Positions 18,252 to 28,423 of a stretch of 64,000 bases of DNA are shown here, piece after piece. The translations under genes were made by a program, and so were the position numbers. Numbering within the stretch: the stretch's first letter is position 1; each line of letters begins with the position of its first letter. The notes beneath the pieces are model-generated. The model had not been told where the DNA came from. It did not search any database and saw only the letters and a list, made by a program, of their open reading frames with translations. The stretch spans positions 832,001-896,000 of the forward strand of contig CAWDVE010000010.1 of assembly GCA_963805625.1 (NCBI GenBank). Reading direction: 5' to 3'. Source of the stretch: an uncultured Candidatus Rokubacteria bacterium. GTDB lineage: Bacteria; Methylomirabilota; Methylomirabilia; Rokubacteriales; DASRDR01.

Positions 18252-18814
18252 CTCGCCACGCCGCCCTCTCGAAGCCGGCCTCCGAGGCCCTACGCGGAGT
18301 GAGCTCCCGAGCGCGGCGGCATCCTCCTCTCCGGATCCGACCCGCCCGGCGGGCCGACCTCCCCGCCCTCGCGACCCTCATGGCCGCGTCGCCGCTCCTC
18401 GAGCGCTACGGCACGACTCGTCGGGCGGCTCTCGGCGCGCTCGCGCGGGGCCGTGCGGCGGGTGACCGCTTGATCGTCGCGGTGGCGCCGGACGGCCGAA
18501 TGGCCGGGATGGCCTGGGTCCTCACGAGCCGGATCCTCACGGGAACGGCGTACCTCCGTCTCCTTCTTGTTGCCGACGATCACCAGCGTGCCGGTACCGG
18601 CGCCGCCCTCCTGGCCGCCGCGGAGGCGGTCACCCGGGCGGTCGCGAACCACCTGGCCCTGCTCGCCACCACCGGTAACGCCGGCGCCCGGCGATTCTAC
18701 GCGCGTCACGGATACCATCACGTCGGCGACCTCCCGGGCCTGGCGCGCACCGGGCTCGACGAGGCTCTTTACTGGAAGACGCTCCGGCCGCACGGCAGGC
18801 GCCTGCCCGTCTAG
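18248..18814 (+). CDS. GNAT family acetyltransferase
   Basis: IRPARRADL, LLVADDHQRAGTG motif A, NAGARRFYARHGY. Confidence 0.85.
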   Translation: MTRHAALSKPASEALRGVSSRARRHPPLRIRPARRADLPALATLMAASPLLERYGTTRRAALGALARGRAAGDRLIVAVAPDGRMAGMAWVLTSRILTGTAYLRLLLVADDHQRAGTGAALLAAAEAVTRAVANHLALLATTGNAGARRFYARHGYHHVGDLPGLARTGLDEALYWKTLRPHGRRLPV

Positions 18815-18925
18815 CCGTGCCCCGCCGCGCCGGGCTCGCGGGCAGGCCAGCCGCCGTTCGGGTCTCGCCGTGAACCGTCCGGATTGACTCGCAAAGAGGG
18901 GCGACGGAGAATTCGGGCACCGCGG

Positions 18926-19666
18926 ATGACCACGACCGGACGGGTGCGGGGCGGCTTCAACCAGTACGGCTTCACGGTCGGCATCCTGATGCTCGACACG
19001 CGCTTCCCTCGCATCCCGGGTGACATGGGGCACGCCGCCACCTTCCCGTTTCCCGTTCGCTACCACCGCGTGCCCGGAGCCTCTCCCGAGCTCGTGGTGC
19101 GACAGGGGGCGGCTGGGCTCTTGCCGGCCTTCGTCGACGGGGCGCGCCAGCTCGAGCGCGAGGGCGTAGGGGCCGTCACCACCAACTGCGGCTTCCTCGT
19201 GAAGTACCAGGCAGAGCTCGCGGCGTCGGTGCGCGTGCCGGTGCTGACCTCGAGCCTGCTGCTGGTGCCTCTCGTCCACCGGATGCTTCCGCCGGGGCGG
19301 CGCGTCGGCATCCTCACCGTGAACGCGGCCGCGCTCGCGGACGAGCATCTGCGCGGCGCCGGCATTGGCCCGGACATCCCCCTCGCCGTGGCCGGCCTGG
19401 AAGGCGAGAAGGAGTTCACCCGCGTCCTGCTGGGCGACGAGGCGGAGCTCGACGTGGACCAGGCCCGCGAGGAGCACGTGCGGGTGGCACGGCGGCTCTC
19501 GGCGGACCACCCGGATCTCGGTGCTCTCGTCCTCGAGTGCACGAACATGCCGCCGTACACGCCGGACATCCAGCGCGCGTCCGGCCTTCCCGTGTTCGAC
19601 ATCGTCTCGCTGGTGACCCTCGTGCACGGCGCGCTCCTGGCGGGGCTCCCGCCGAGACCGGCCTGA
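18926..19666 (+). CDS. Aspartate/glutamate/hydantoin racemase family protein
   Basis: GILMLDTRFPRIPGD, TTNCGF and LECTNMPPY (two catalytic Cys). Confidence 0.88.
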   Translation: MTTTGRVRGGFNQYGFTVGILMLDTRFPRIPGDMGHAATFPFPVRYHRVPGASPELVVRQGAAGLLPAFVDGARQLEREGVGAVTTNCGFLVKYQAELAASVRVPVLTSSLLLVPLVHRMLPPGRRVGILTVNAAALADEHLRGAGIGPDIPLAVAGLEGEKEFTRVLLGDEAELDVDQAREEHVRVARRLSADHPDLGALVLECTNMPPYTPDIQRASGLPVFDIVSLVTLVHGALLAGLPPRPA

Positions 19667-19781
19667 CCCGCCGGCGACGCGCAGCACAGCCGGGCGAGGT
19701 GCGCGCGGCTCAGGATCGGGCGCGCCCGGCGGCACCCGCGCGACCCCGGCCGGGCGAACGTCGGAAGAGCTGACGGGCGCC

Positions 19782-21002
19782 GTGCTCGAACCGCTCCTGG
19801 ACGGACGCTATCGACTCCTCTGGCTGACGGGCCTCTGCAGCAGCACCGCGCGCTGGATGGACGTAGTGGTGCTCGGCTGGCTGGCGCTCTCACTCACTGA
19901 CTCGCCGCTGATGGTGGGCGTGGCCGCGTTCTGCCGCGCCGTCCCCATGATGGCCCTCGGCCCCTTCGCGGGCGTCCTCGCCGATCGGCTCCCCCGGGTG
20001 CGCGTGATGATCGCCGTGCAGATCCTGAACGTCGCCGCGTCGTTGGCCCTGGCGCTCCTGTTCGGCGCGGGCCTCGCCGGGTTCGGCACCTTGATCGGGA
20101 TCGAGGTCATCCTGGGAATCGCCTGGGTGCTCGACTTCCCGTCACGCCGCACCGTGCTGTTCGTCGTCGCGGGCCGAGAGCGCCTGACCGCCGCGGTCTC
20201 GCTCGAGACCATGTCGATGCAGGCCGCCAAGATGATCGGCCCGCTCTTGGGCGGCCTCCTCCTCGCCCGGCTGGGACCCGCCGCGTGCTACCTCGTGTTC
20301 GCCGCTTTCTCGCTCGGCGCCCTCGCTGCCACCCACCGCCTTGCGCAACGGGTGGCGCTGCCCGGCGTGCCCGGCAGCGAGCCGGTCCTGGACAGCCTTC
20401 TGACGGGTCTCCGGGAGGTCCGCACGCACCCGGCCATCCTGAGCGTGCTCGCGGTCACCGTCCTCATGAACGCCCTCGTCTTCCCCTACCAGCAGATGCT
20501 GCCGGTCTTCGCCCGCGACGTCCTCCACGTGGGGCCGGTTCCGCTGGGGCTCCTCGTCACCGCGCAGGGGCTCGGGGCCCTGATTTCCTCGGCGGTGATC
20601 GGAGCCCGGGGCGGCCCCGCGGGCCAGGGGCGGCTCTTCGCCGGTAGCTCCCTGGCCGGCGCCCTGCTGCTGCTCGCCTTCGCGTGGTCGCCGTGGTACG
20701 CCCTCTCCCTCGCGCTCCAGCTCGCCATCGGGGCCACCGATTCCGGATTCGGAACGATGCAGAGCGCGATCGTCCTCCTCACGGCGCCCGTGAAGGCTCA
20801 CGGGCGTGTCATGGGAATCCTCTCGGCCTGCATCGGCACCCAACCCCTCGGGAGCCTGTGGATCGGCTTCCTCGCGAGCCGCATGGGCGCACCGCTCGCC
20901 ACGGGCCTCAATGCGGCGCTCGCGTGCGTCCTCATGATCCCGGTGGCGCTCCGACTTCTCGCGACGGGCCCGATGGGCCGGCCCCGGCCCGCCGTGCCAT
21001 GA
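19782..21002 (+). CDS. MFS transporter
   Basis: About 12 hydrophobic segments; GVLADRLPR motif A, HGRVMG. Confidence 0.9.
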   Translation: MLEPLLDGRYRLLWLTGLCSSTARWMDVVVLGWLALSLTDSPLMVGVAAFCRAVPMMALGPFAGVLADRLPRVRVMIAVQILNVAASLALALLFGAGLAGFGTLIGIEVILGIAWVLDFPSRRTVLFVVAGRERLTAAVSLETMSMQAAKMIGPLLGGLLLARLGPAACYLVFAAFSLGALAATHRLAQRVALPGVPGSEPVLDSLLTGLREVRTHPAILSVLAVTVLMNALVFPYQQMLPVFARDVLHVGPVPLGLLVTAQGLGALISSAVIGARGGPAGQGRLFAGSSLAGALLLLAFAWSPWYALSLALQLAIGATDSGFGTMQSAIVLLTAPVKAHGRVMGILSACIGTQPLGSLWIGFLASRMGAPLATGLNAALACVLMIPVALRLLATGPMGRPRPAVP

Positions 21003-21252
21003 TGGAGTGGATCCAGCGACAAGCTGCTCCGACGCCCGCGCGCCGCTGGATCGTTCACTGGTTCAACGTGCTGTGGTGGCGGTCCGGCAGTCAGCGGTCG
21101 CCGTGCGAGGCTTCTGGCTCGCCAAGCGCTCGGGACAGCGGCAATTCGAACGAGTGCGGTCCACCGGGGCTCGTCCAGGAAGGCCAGCGCGCCGTGGGAT
21201 CCCGCGCAGACTCAACGGCGCGGTCGACCTTTCTCGGAGCAAGGAGGTGACT

Positions 21253-22515
21253 ATGGGCAGTCATTGGATGTCCAGCTCCGTGCGCCCGTGCCGTGCGGCG
21301 GGACCCATCGTGGTCCTCCTTGCCGGGTTGCTCGCCGCGTGTGGCGCCATCGGAGCCAGGTCGACGGCCGCCCAATCCACGGGAACCGACTGCGCCGAGC
21401 CGATCCCAGAGATCTTCACCCGGGTGTCGCCCGCCGTGGTGTCCATCGCGGCCACGTCGATCAACCCGTACCGAGTCTCCGACCGTGTCCGTCACGTTGT
21501 CGGTTCGGGCTTCTTCTTCGACACCGCGGGCCTGATCCTGACCAACGCCCATGTCGTGTTCGACCGCCAGTCCATCCGGGTGACGCTCGACGACGGAACC
21601 AGTGTGTCCGCGCAGGTCGTCGGAGCCGATCCAATTCTCGACGTCGCGGTACTGCGTATCCCGATGCCTTCGGAGGGAGAGTTGCCCATCATCCCCTTGG
21701 CCGACTCCGACCGCGTCCGTGTCGGTGAGGACGTCGTCGCGATCGGAAATCCTCTCGGGCTCGACCAGACGCTGACCCGCGGGATCGTGTCCGCAATCAA
21801 CCGCATCCTGCCCGACGCACCGCTCTCGCTCTTGGAACCCCTCATTCAAACCGATACTCCCATCAACCCCGGGAACTCCGGCGGGCCGCTCCTCAACCAC
21901 TGCGGTGAAGTCATCGGCATCACGACCGCCATGATCCCAGACGCGCAAAGCATCAGCTTCGCCGTCCCGATCAACGTGGCGAAGACGATCCTCCCCTCGC
22001 TCCTGGAACGAGGCCGGGTAATACGCCCGTGGATCGGGTTTCAGGGCCAGCTCGTGGACCCGGCGATGCAGGATCTCCTACGGATCCCCTTGGTGGAAGG
22101 CCTGCTCGTCGAGGTAATCGAGCCCGGGAGCCCGGCCGACCGCGCCGGCCTTCGCGGGGGGCGGCTCGAGATCGCCATTGCCGGGCGCGAGTACCTTTTC
22201 GGAGGCGACATCATCACCGCCATGAACGACACCCGGCTGAACTCGCCGGAGCGACTCATCGAGGCCATGCGCGGGGCGAAGGTCGGCGACGCCGTTCGTC
22301 TCACCGTGTTCCGGCAGGGAGAGTACATCGAAGTGGAGTACGTGCTCCCGGAGCGGCCGCTCCTGCCCGGCGACGTGTCCGGTCAGTCTTCCATGACCCC
22401 CGCCGCCGGGCGGAGCCAGCCGGCGCCCGGTCGCCGCGGGCCGGCCCCGACGCGCCGCCGGCCCGCTTCCGAGACCACCTATCCATCCGACGCGATGCCC
22501 GCAGGCCCCGAGTGA
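21253..22515 (+). CDS. HtrA/DegQ-like serine protease with PDZ domain
   Basis: TNAHV, DVAVL, INPGNSGGPL triad; PDZ (GSPADRAGL, GDII); AAGGAGG SD; possible lipobox LAAC. Confidence 0.93.
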   Translation: MGSHWMSSSVRPCRAAGPIVVLLAGLLAACGAIGARSTAAQSTGTDCAEPIPEIFTRVSPAVVSIAATSINPYRVSDRVRHVVGSGFFFDTAGLILTNAHVVFDRQSIRVTLDDGTSVSAQVVGADPILDVAVLRIPMPSEGELPIIPLADSDRVRVGEDVVAIGNPLGLDQTLTRGIVSAINRILPDAPLSLLEPLIQTDTPINPGNSGGPLLNHCGEVIGITTAMIPDAQSISFAVPINVAKTILPSLLERGRVIRPWIGFQGQLVDPAMQDLLRIPLVEGLLVEVIEPGSPADRAGLRGGRLEIAIAGREYLFGGDIITAMNDTRLNSPERLIEAMRGAKVGDAVRLTVFRQGEYIEVEYVLPERPLLPGDVSGQSSMTPAAGRSQPAPGRRGPAPTRRRPASETTYPSDAMPAGPE

Positions 22516-24041
22516 TTTCCCGCTGGGCGTGGGTCTCAGACCCTCGCGGGACGCTGATCCTGCTGCTGGCCTGGGCCACTGGCCACGCGCTCCTCCGGCT
22601 CGCCCTCTCCTCGGCCCTCACCGCGGACGACGCGCGGGAGGCGGTGCTCGCCCAGAGCCTCCAGTGGGGGTACCAGGCGCGGCAGCCGCCGCTCTACAAC
22701 TGGCTCGTGTGGGGGGCCTTCCGTCTGGTCGGGCCCGGCCTCCTCGCGCTCACGCTCGTGAAGTACGCGGCCCTCGTCCTGGCGTTCTGGCTCGTGTATC
22801 TTACGGCGCGGCGGATCCTGACCGACCCGCGACTCGCCACGCTCGGCGCCTTCTCGTTTCTCCTGATCGTCCCGATCAGCTGGACGATCCACGAGGCGCT
22901 GACCCACAGCGTCACCGTCCTCGCTGCCTGCGCCGGTACGGTCTATGCCCTCGTTCACCTCGGAGACGCGCCCAGCCGTCGCGTCTACGCGGCGCTCGGC
23001 CTCGCCGTCGGGCTCGGGCTCCTCTCGAAATTCACGTACGTCCTCTTTCTTGCCGCGCTCGTCCTTGCGACCCTCTCCGTGGACCGGTATCGCCGGGTCC
23101 TCCTGAGCCCCGGGGTCCTGATCGCCGCCCTGGTCGCGACGCTCCTGGTGCTCCCGTTCGCGCTCTGGTACGTGGGCCAGGGCCACGACCTTGGCCGCCT
23201 GTACGCGCGCGAGGTCCGGATCGAGGAGCAAGACGCGTGGGCCGAGCAGGCACGAACGGGCCTCGCGTACGTCGCCCGCCTCGCCGCATCCTACCTGGTG
23301 CCGGTGGGGCTGGTCCTGGCCGCGTGCTTTCCGGCGATCTACCGGCGTCTGCCGTCGGGAGCGGGCGGCTCGCCAGGCGGTCGCCTCCTCGGGTGGCTCC
23401 TCGCCTGGATGCTCGCCCTCCTCACGCTGGCCGCGCTCGTCGGAGGCCTGGGCTTCCTCAAGGCGCGCTGGCTGATCCCGGCGTTCTTCCTGGTCCCGCT
23501 GTACGGGTTGTGGCGCCTCGAGCGTCACGGCGTGCCCGAGAAGCGCCTAGCGGCGTTCGCGGTGGTCCTGATCCTCGCCGAGATCGCCGTCGTCGGCACG
23601 CTGTCGGTCCGAGTCGTGGGCGCAAGCCTGTTCCGCCGGCCGTATCGGATGAGTGAGCCGTACGACGCGGTGGCAAGCGGGTTATCGCGCGCGGGCTTCA
23701 CGCGCGGAACCATCGTCGCAGGATTCGGAACGCTCGCGGGAAACCTGGCCGTCCGCTTCCCGCACGTCCGGGTGCTCCACACGGAGTATCCGGACTTCCG
23801 GCCGCCCCCCGGAAGCCCCGGGCAGTGCCTCCTCGTCTGGGACCGCCACCGGCGCGGGCGGGGCAGCCCCGCGGCCCCCGAACCGCCCGAGGACGTCCAG
23901 CGCTTCGCCGCCGCGCTGGGGGTGGCGCTCACGGGCTCGGAGCCGGTCGGCGTCGTGGAGGCGCCCTTCCGGTTCGCCCCGGCCCAGGTCCGGCACGTGT
24001 ACTACATCATCTTCCCCGAGGGGGCGGGCCAGTGCCGCTGA
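22512..24041 (+). CDS. GT-C membrane glycosyltransferase (ArnT/PMT-like)
   Basis: DDARE..QWGY..QPPLYNW, GLLSKFTY, many TM helices; GTGA overlap with the htrA stop. Confidence 0.85.
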   Translation: MISRWAWVSDPRGTLILLLAWATGHALLRLALSSALTADDAREAVLAQSLQWGYQARQPPLYNWLVWGAFRLVGPGLLALTLVKYAALVLAFWLVYLTARRILTDPRLATLGAFSFLLIVPISWTIHEALTHSVTVLAACAGTVYALVHLGDAPSRRVYAALGLAVGLGLLSKFTYVLFLAALVLATLSVDRYRRVLLSPGVLIAALVATLLVLPFALWYVGQGHDLGRLYAREVRIEEQDAWAEQARTGLAYVARLAASYLVPVGLVLAACFPAIYRRLPSGAGGSPGGRLLGWLLAWMLALLTLAALVGGLGFLKARWLIPAFFLVPLYGLWRLERHGVPEKRLAAFAVVLILAEIAVVGTLSVRVVGASLFRRPYRMSEPYDAVASGLSRAGFTRGTIVAGFGTLAGNLAVRFPHVRVLHTEYPDFRPPPGSPGQCLLVWDRHRRGRGSPAAPEPPEDVQRFAAALGVALTGSEPVGVVEAPFRFAPAQVRHVYYIIFPEGAGQCR

Positions 24042-24094
24042 CCCCGGACCGCGCCCGCTTGCGTGCGCGGCCGTCCTCCGGGACAATCAACGCG

Positions 24095-25081
24095 ATGCGA
24101 ATCGGCAACGTGGAGGTGCGCGGGCTCGCGCGGCTCGCGCCCATGGCGGGCGCCACCAACGCGCCCTTCCGTCTCGTGGCGCGGGAGTGCGGGAGCGGGC
24201 TCACGACCACCGAGGAGATGGACGCCGCCTCGATCCTCTACGAGACTCCGCACGCGATCTCTGCGACCGCCTACTACCCGGCCGAGCGGCCGCTCGCGAT
24301 GCAGCTCCTCGGCAAGAACGGCGAGGCACTGGCGGAGGCCGCGGCCCGTTGCGAGGCGCTGGGGGCCGACGTGGTGGACCTCAACATGGGCTGCCCCGTC
24401 CAGAGGATCACCGGCAAAGGCAAGGGCGCGGCCCTCATGCGGGACGTGCCGGCCGCCGCGCGGATCCTCCGCGCCATGCGGGCCGCAATCCGGGTCCCGC
24501 TGACGGTCAAGATCCGCGGCGGCTGGGACGACACGCACCTGAACGCCGTCGAGGTCGCGAGGATGGCCGAGGCCGAGGGCGTCGACGCCATCACCGTCCA
24601 CCCGCGCACCCGGGCCCAGCAGTTCACCGGGAAGGCCCCGTGGACGATCATCGCCGAGGTCGTCGACGCCGTTCGGATCCCCGTGACCGGCAACGGGGAT
24701 ATCCACTCGATGGCGGACGCGCGCCGCATGATGGCGGAGACCGGATGCCAGTCGGTCATGGTCGGGCGCGGGGCCCTCGGGCGGCCCTGGGTGTTCGACG
24801 AGGCCTACGAAGCGCTGCCGCCGATGGCCCGACACGCTTATCGGGCGCGGGTCATCGCCCGCCACGTCGCCCTGATTCAGGACCACTGCTCCGCGAGGTA
24901 CGCGCTGGTCCAGATCAAGAAGCACCTGTCCTGGTACACCGATGGACTGGGCCACGCGCGCGAGTGCCGGGTCGCCATCTTCCAGGCCCGCTCGGCGGAC
25001 GAGGTGTGGGAGATCTTCCAGCGCTACACGGCGCGGGTGGAGCGCGAGTACGCGCCGGCGCTCGAGGCCGCCACCGCGTGA
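24095..25081 (+). CDS. dusB: tRNA-dihydrouridine synthase
   Basis: LAPMAG, DLNMGCP, VHPRT, GNGDI, GRGALGRPW. Confidence 0.92.
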   Translation: MRIGNVEVRGLARLAPMAGATNAPFRLVARECGSGLTTTEEMDAASILYETPHAISATAYYPAERPLAMQLLGKNGEALAEAAARCEALGADVVDLNMGCPVQRITGKGKGAALMRDVPAAARILRAMRAAIRVPLTVKIRGGWDDTHLNAVEVARMAEAEGVDAITVHPRTRAQQFTGKAPWTIIAEVVDAVRIPVTGNGDIHSMADARRMMAETGCQSVMVGRGALGRPWVFDEAYEALPPMARHAYRARVIARHVALIQDHCSARYALVQIKKHLSWYTDGLGHARECRVAIFQARSADEVWEIFQRYTARVEREYAPALEAATA

Positions 25082-25109
25082 CACGGCGACCGGCAGGAGG
25101 AGACCGCTG

Positions 25110-26741
25110 ATGCAGCGGATGACCGGCGGGCAGGCCCTGGTGGCCTCGCTCCATCGCGAGGGCGTGCGCGTGGTCTTCGGGCTCCCGGGCGTCCAGCTCT
25201 ACGGCGCGATGGCCGCCCTCCGCGACGAGCCTGGAATCCGCTTCCTGGCCACCCGCCACGAGCAAGCCACGACATACATGGCCGACGGCTACGCGCGAGC
25301 GAGCGGTGGCATCGGCGTCGCGCTGGTCGTGCCCGGACCGGGCCTCCTCAACGCCTCCGCGGGCCTCTCCACCGCCTACTCGGCGTCGTCGCCGGTCCTC
25401 GTGGTGGCGGGACAGATCCCCAAAGGGAAGATCGGCCTGAACATCGGCCTCCTCCACGAGGTGAACGACCAGCTCGACGCGATCGCCCCCATCACAAAGT
25501 GGCGACACCGGGTGCTCGAGGTCGCGGAGATCCCCGCCGCGATCCGTGAGGCGGCCCGCCAGCTCCGGACCGGTCGGCCGCGCCCCGTCGTCGTGGACAT
25601 CCCGCCGGAGACGCTCGAGGACGAGGGCGAGGTCACCCTCCTGGATCCGGCCCCGGCCGAGCGGCCGCCGGCGGCGCCGGCCGAGCTCGAGCGCGCCATC
25701 GAGCTCCTGGTGGCGGCACGGAACCCGGTAATCGTGGCCGGCGGCGGCGTCAACCTCGGGGGCGCCCACGATGCCCTCCGCGCCGTCGCCGAGCACCTGC
25801 AGGCCGCCGTCGTCATGACCGCTGAGGGCAAGGGGGCGCTGAGCGACGCGAGCGACCTCTCGCTGGGCGCCGCGCTCTGGCCCGGCTCCCCGGTCCGCCT
25901 CCATCTGGACCGGGCGGACGTCGTCCTCGCCGTCGGCACGCGGCTGGCGACGGTGCCGCTCCAGCCGGCGCAGCAGGTGATCCAGATCGACGTGGACCCG
26001 GAGGAGATCGGCCGCAACCACCCGGGAACGCACGGTCTGGTCGGCGACGCCCGGGTCACGCTCGAGCGGCTCGGCGACCGACTCCGCGCGGCTGGCCCGG
26101 CGCGTCCGTCACGCCGCGCCGAGCGCGAGGCCGTGCGGGCAGCGACGACGGCCGCCGACGACCAGGAGCCCCAGGCCTCCATCCAGCGGAGCCTCCGCGC
26201 CGGGACGCCGCCCGGCGCCATCCTGGTCGGCGACATGACCCAGATCGGCTATCACTCGCGGCCATTCTGGCCCGTCTACGAGCCCCGGACCTACCTCACG
26301 TCCTCGTACTCCGGCAATCTCGGCTACGGCTTCCCCACCGCGCTGGGCGCCAAGGTCGCGTGCCCCGACCGACCCGTCGTCGCGGTGTGCGGCGACGGCG
26401 GCTTCCTCTTCAACAGCCAGGAGCTGTCGACGGCGGTACGGCACGGGATCGGGGTGGTGGTCGTCGTGTTCAACGACGACGCCTACGGCAACGTCGCCCG
26501 GGACCTCGACGAGGCCTGGGGCGGCAGCGTCGGCGCCGATCTCGCGAACCCCGACTTCGTGCGGCTCGCCGAGGCGTACGGCGTGACGGGCCTCCGGGCC
26601 AAGGAGCCGACGGATGTAGGTGATCTCGTCCACGAGGCGATCGCGCTCGAGCGCCCGGTGCTGATCGAGGTCCCCGTGGGGCGCATGCCCCGTCCCCGGT
26701 TCTTCGCCCCGCGCCGCGCGCCGAAACGGCTGGACCGGTAA
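25110..26741 (+). CDS. Thiamine pyrophosphate-binding enzyme (acetolactate synthase-like)
   Basis: VFGLPG, TRHEQ, GPGLLN, GDGGF..FND TPP motif. Confidence 0.9.
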   Translation: MQRMTGGQALVASLHREGVRVVFGLPGVQLYGAMAALRDEPGIRFLATRHEQATTYMADGYARASGGIGVALVVPGPGLLNASAGLSTAYSASSPVLVVAGQIPKGKIGLNIGLLHEVNDQLDAIAPITKWRHRVLEVAEIPAAIREAARQLRTGRPRPVVVDIPPETLEDEGEVTLLDPAPAERPPAAPAELERAIELLVAARNPVIVAGGGVNLGGAHDALRAVAEHLQAAVVMTAEGKGALSDASDLSLGAALWPGSPVRLHLDRADVVLAVGTRLATVPLQPAQQVIQIDVDPEEIGRNHPGTHGLVGDARVTLERLGDRLRAAGPARPSRRAEREAVRAATTAADDQEPQASIQRSLRAGTPPGAILVGDMTQIGYHSRPFWPVYEPRTYLTSSYSGNLGYGFPTALGAKVACPDRPVVAVCGDGGFLFNSQELSTAVRHGIGVVVVVFNDDAYGNVARDLDEAWGGSVGADLANPDFVRLAEAYGVTGLRAKEPTDVGDLVHEAIALERPVLIEVPVGRMPRPRFFAPRRAPKRLDR

Positions 26742-26790
26742 GGCGTCACGACCTGCACGCCACCAGCAAAGGTGGGCAGAGGAAGTCACC

Positions 26791-27732
26791 ATGTGCGGCA
26801 TCGCCGGCTTCTTCGACAAGTCCGACGTCGGTAGGGCCCCCGCGGGCGCGACGCTCCTCCGGATGCTCACCGCGCTGAGCTGCCGCGGGCCCGACTCCGC
26901 CGGGGTCGCCCTCTGGGGGCCCGGCGAAGACGGCCTCATCGTACGGGTGAAGCTCGGCGACGGGGGCGATCTCGAAGCGCGCCGGCGCGAGGTCCTTCGG
27001 CGGGCCAGGCGGGCGACCCGCGTCCAGGCCTCCGCGGTACAGGGCGCCCTCCTCCGCCTCGTGGTCGCGAAGACCGATCCGGCAGAGCTGGCGGCCGCCA
27101 TCGAGAGCGTGGCCCCCGATGTCGAGGTCGTGAGCATGGGGCAACGGCTCGAGATCGTGAAGCAGGTCGGCGCGCCGGGAGGCCTCGACGCCGAGTTCGC
27201 CGTCTCCACGTGGACCGGCACCCACGGGCTCGGGCACACGCGCCTGTCGACGGAGAGCCGCGTCGATCTCTCCCACTCCCAGCCCTTCTGGGCCCACGGG
27301 ACGCCCGATCTCGCCGTGGTGCATAACGGGCACATCTGCAACTACCACCGGCTCCGCCGGATGTACGAGCAGGAGGGCGTGCGCTTCTACACGGAGAACG
27401 ACTCCGAGATCATCGGCCTCTACCTGGCCCGGCAGCTCGCGGCCGGACGGACACTCGGAGAGGCGTTCAGAGCGTCGGTGCGCGACCTCGACGGCAGCTT
27501 CAGCTACCTGGCCGCGACCGCCGACGCATTCGGGTTCGCCAAGGATCCCTTCAGCCTGAAGCCGCTGATCGTCGCGGAGAGCGAGGGCGCCGTCGCCATC
27601 GCCAACGAGGAGGTCGCGCTCCAGGCCGCGCTCGGTGGCCGGTACCACGCACGCGAGGCTGGGGCGGGCGCCACCGGGCTGTGGGAGCTCAAAGGCCGAG
27701 CGTCGGTGCGTCGCGTGCGCCGGGTCGCGTGA
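26791..27732 (+). CDS. mgsA: N-methylglutamate synthase subunit A (class II glutamine amidotransferase)
   Basis: MCGI N-terminal Cys, RGPDSAG, GHTRLSTES, HNGHICNY, TENDSE; gene context. Confidence 0.8.
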   Translation: MCGIAGFFDKSDVGRAPAGATLLRMLTALSCRGPDSAGVALWGPGEDGLIVRVKLGDGGDLEARRREVLRRARRATRVQASAVQGALLRLVVAKTDPAELAAAIESVAPDVEVVSMGQRLEIVKQVGAPGGLDAEFAVSTWTGTHGLGHTRLSTESRVDLSHSQPFWAHGTPDLAVVHNGHICNYHRLRRMYEQEGVRFYTENDSEIIGLYLARQLAAGRTLGEAFRASVRDLDGSFSYLAATADAFGFAKDPFSLKPLIVAESEGAVAIANEEVALQAALGGRYHAREAGAGATGLWELKGRASVRRVRRVA

Positions 27733-27733
27733 G

Positions 27734-28423
27734 ATGAAGGCGATCGACTGCGCGCCCCTGACCGTCAGGCAGATCAACGAGTCCATCCGGCGGCTGATCG
27801 AGGCCGGAGAGCGCGAGATCCTCCTCCAGAACCCTGGCGCCCGGCACAACCTCGCCGTGGCCGTCCTCACCGACACGGCCATCACCATCGACGGGCCGGT
27901 GGGCTACTACGCGGGCGGGATGAGTGACGGCGTCCGGCTCACGATCCACGGGTCGGCGGGCTGGGGCCTCGCCGAGTGCCTCATGTCGGGCACCGTCGTC
28001 GTCGACGGCAACGCGGGGAACAGCGCCGCCGCCTCGATCCGGGGAGGCACCGTCGTCGTGCGGGGCGACGCCGCCGCGCGGGCCGGCGTGTCGATGAAAG
28101 GCGGCCTTCTCGTCATCGGCGGTGGCTGCGGCTATATGACCGGCTTCATGATGCAGCGCGGCCGGATCATCGTGTGCGGCGACGCGGGCGATGCGCTCGC
28201 CGACTCGATGTACGAAGGGGTCATCTACGTGGGTGGCGAGATCGCCGCGCTGGGCAGCGACGCGGTCGTGTCGGAGGCAAGCGCCGCCGAACTGATGGAG
28301 ATCCGCGCCACGCTCGCGCACCACGGCCTCGAGGGGCCACCCGCCTTCCGGAAGGTCGTGTCCGGACGCAAGCTCTGGAACTACGACAAGAAGGACATGG
28401 AGACATGGAAGGCCGCGTTCTGA
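27734..28423 (+). CDS. mgsB: N-methylglutamate synthase subunit B (GXGXG/FwdC-like)
   Basis: Repeated GxxG beta-helix motifs, NPGARHNLAV, GDALADSMYEG, SGRKLWNY. Confidence 0.82.
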   Translation: MKAIDCAPLTVRQINESIRRLIEAGEREILLQNPGARHNLAVAVLTDTAITIDGPVGYYAGGMSDGVRLTIHGSAGWGLAECLMSGTVVVDGNAGNSAAASIRGGTVVVRGDAAARAGVSMKGGLLVIGGGCGYMTGFMMQRGRIIVCGDAGDALADSMYEGVIYVGGEIAALGSDAVVSEASAAELMEIRATLAHHGLEGPPAFRKVVSGRKLWNYDKKDMETWKAAF

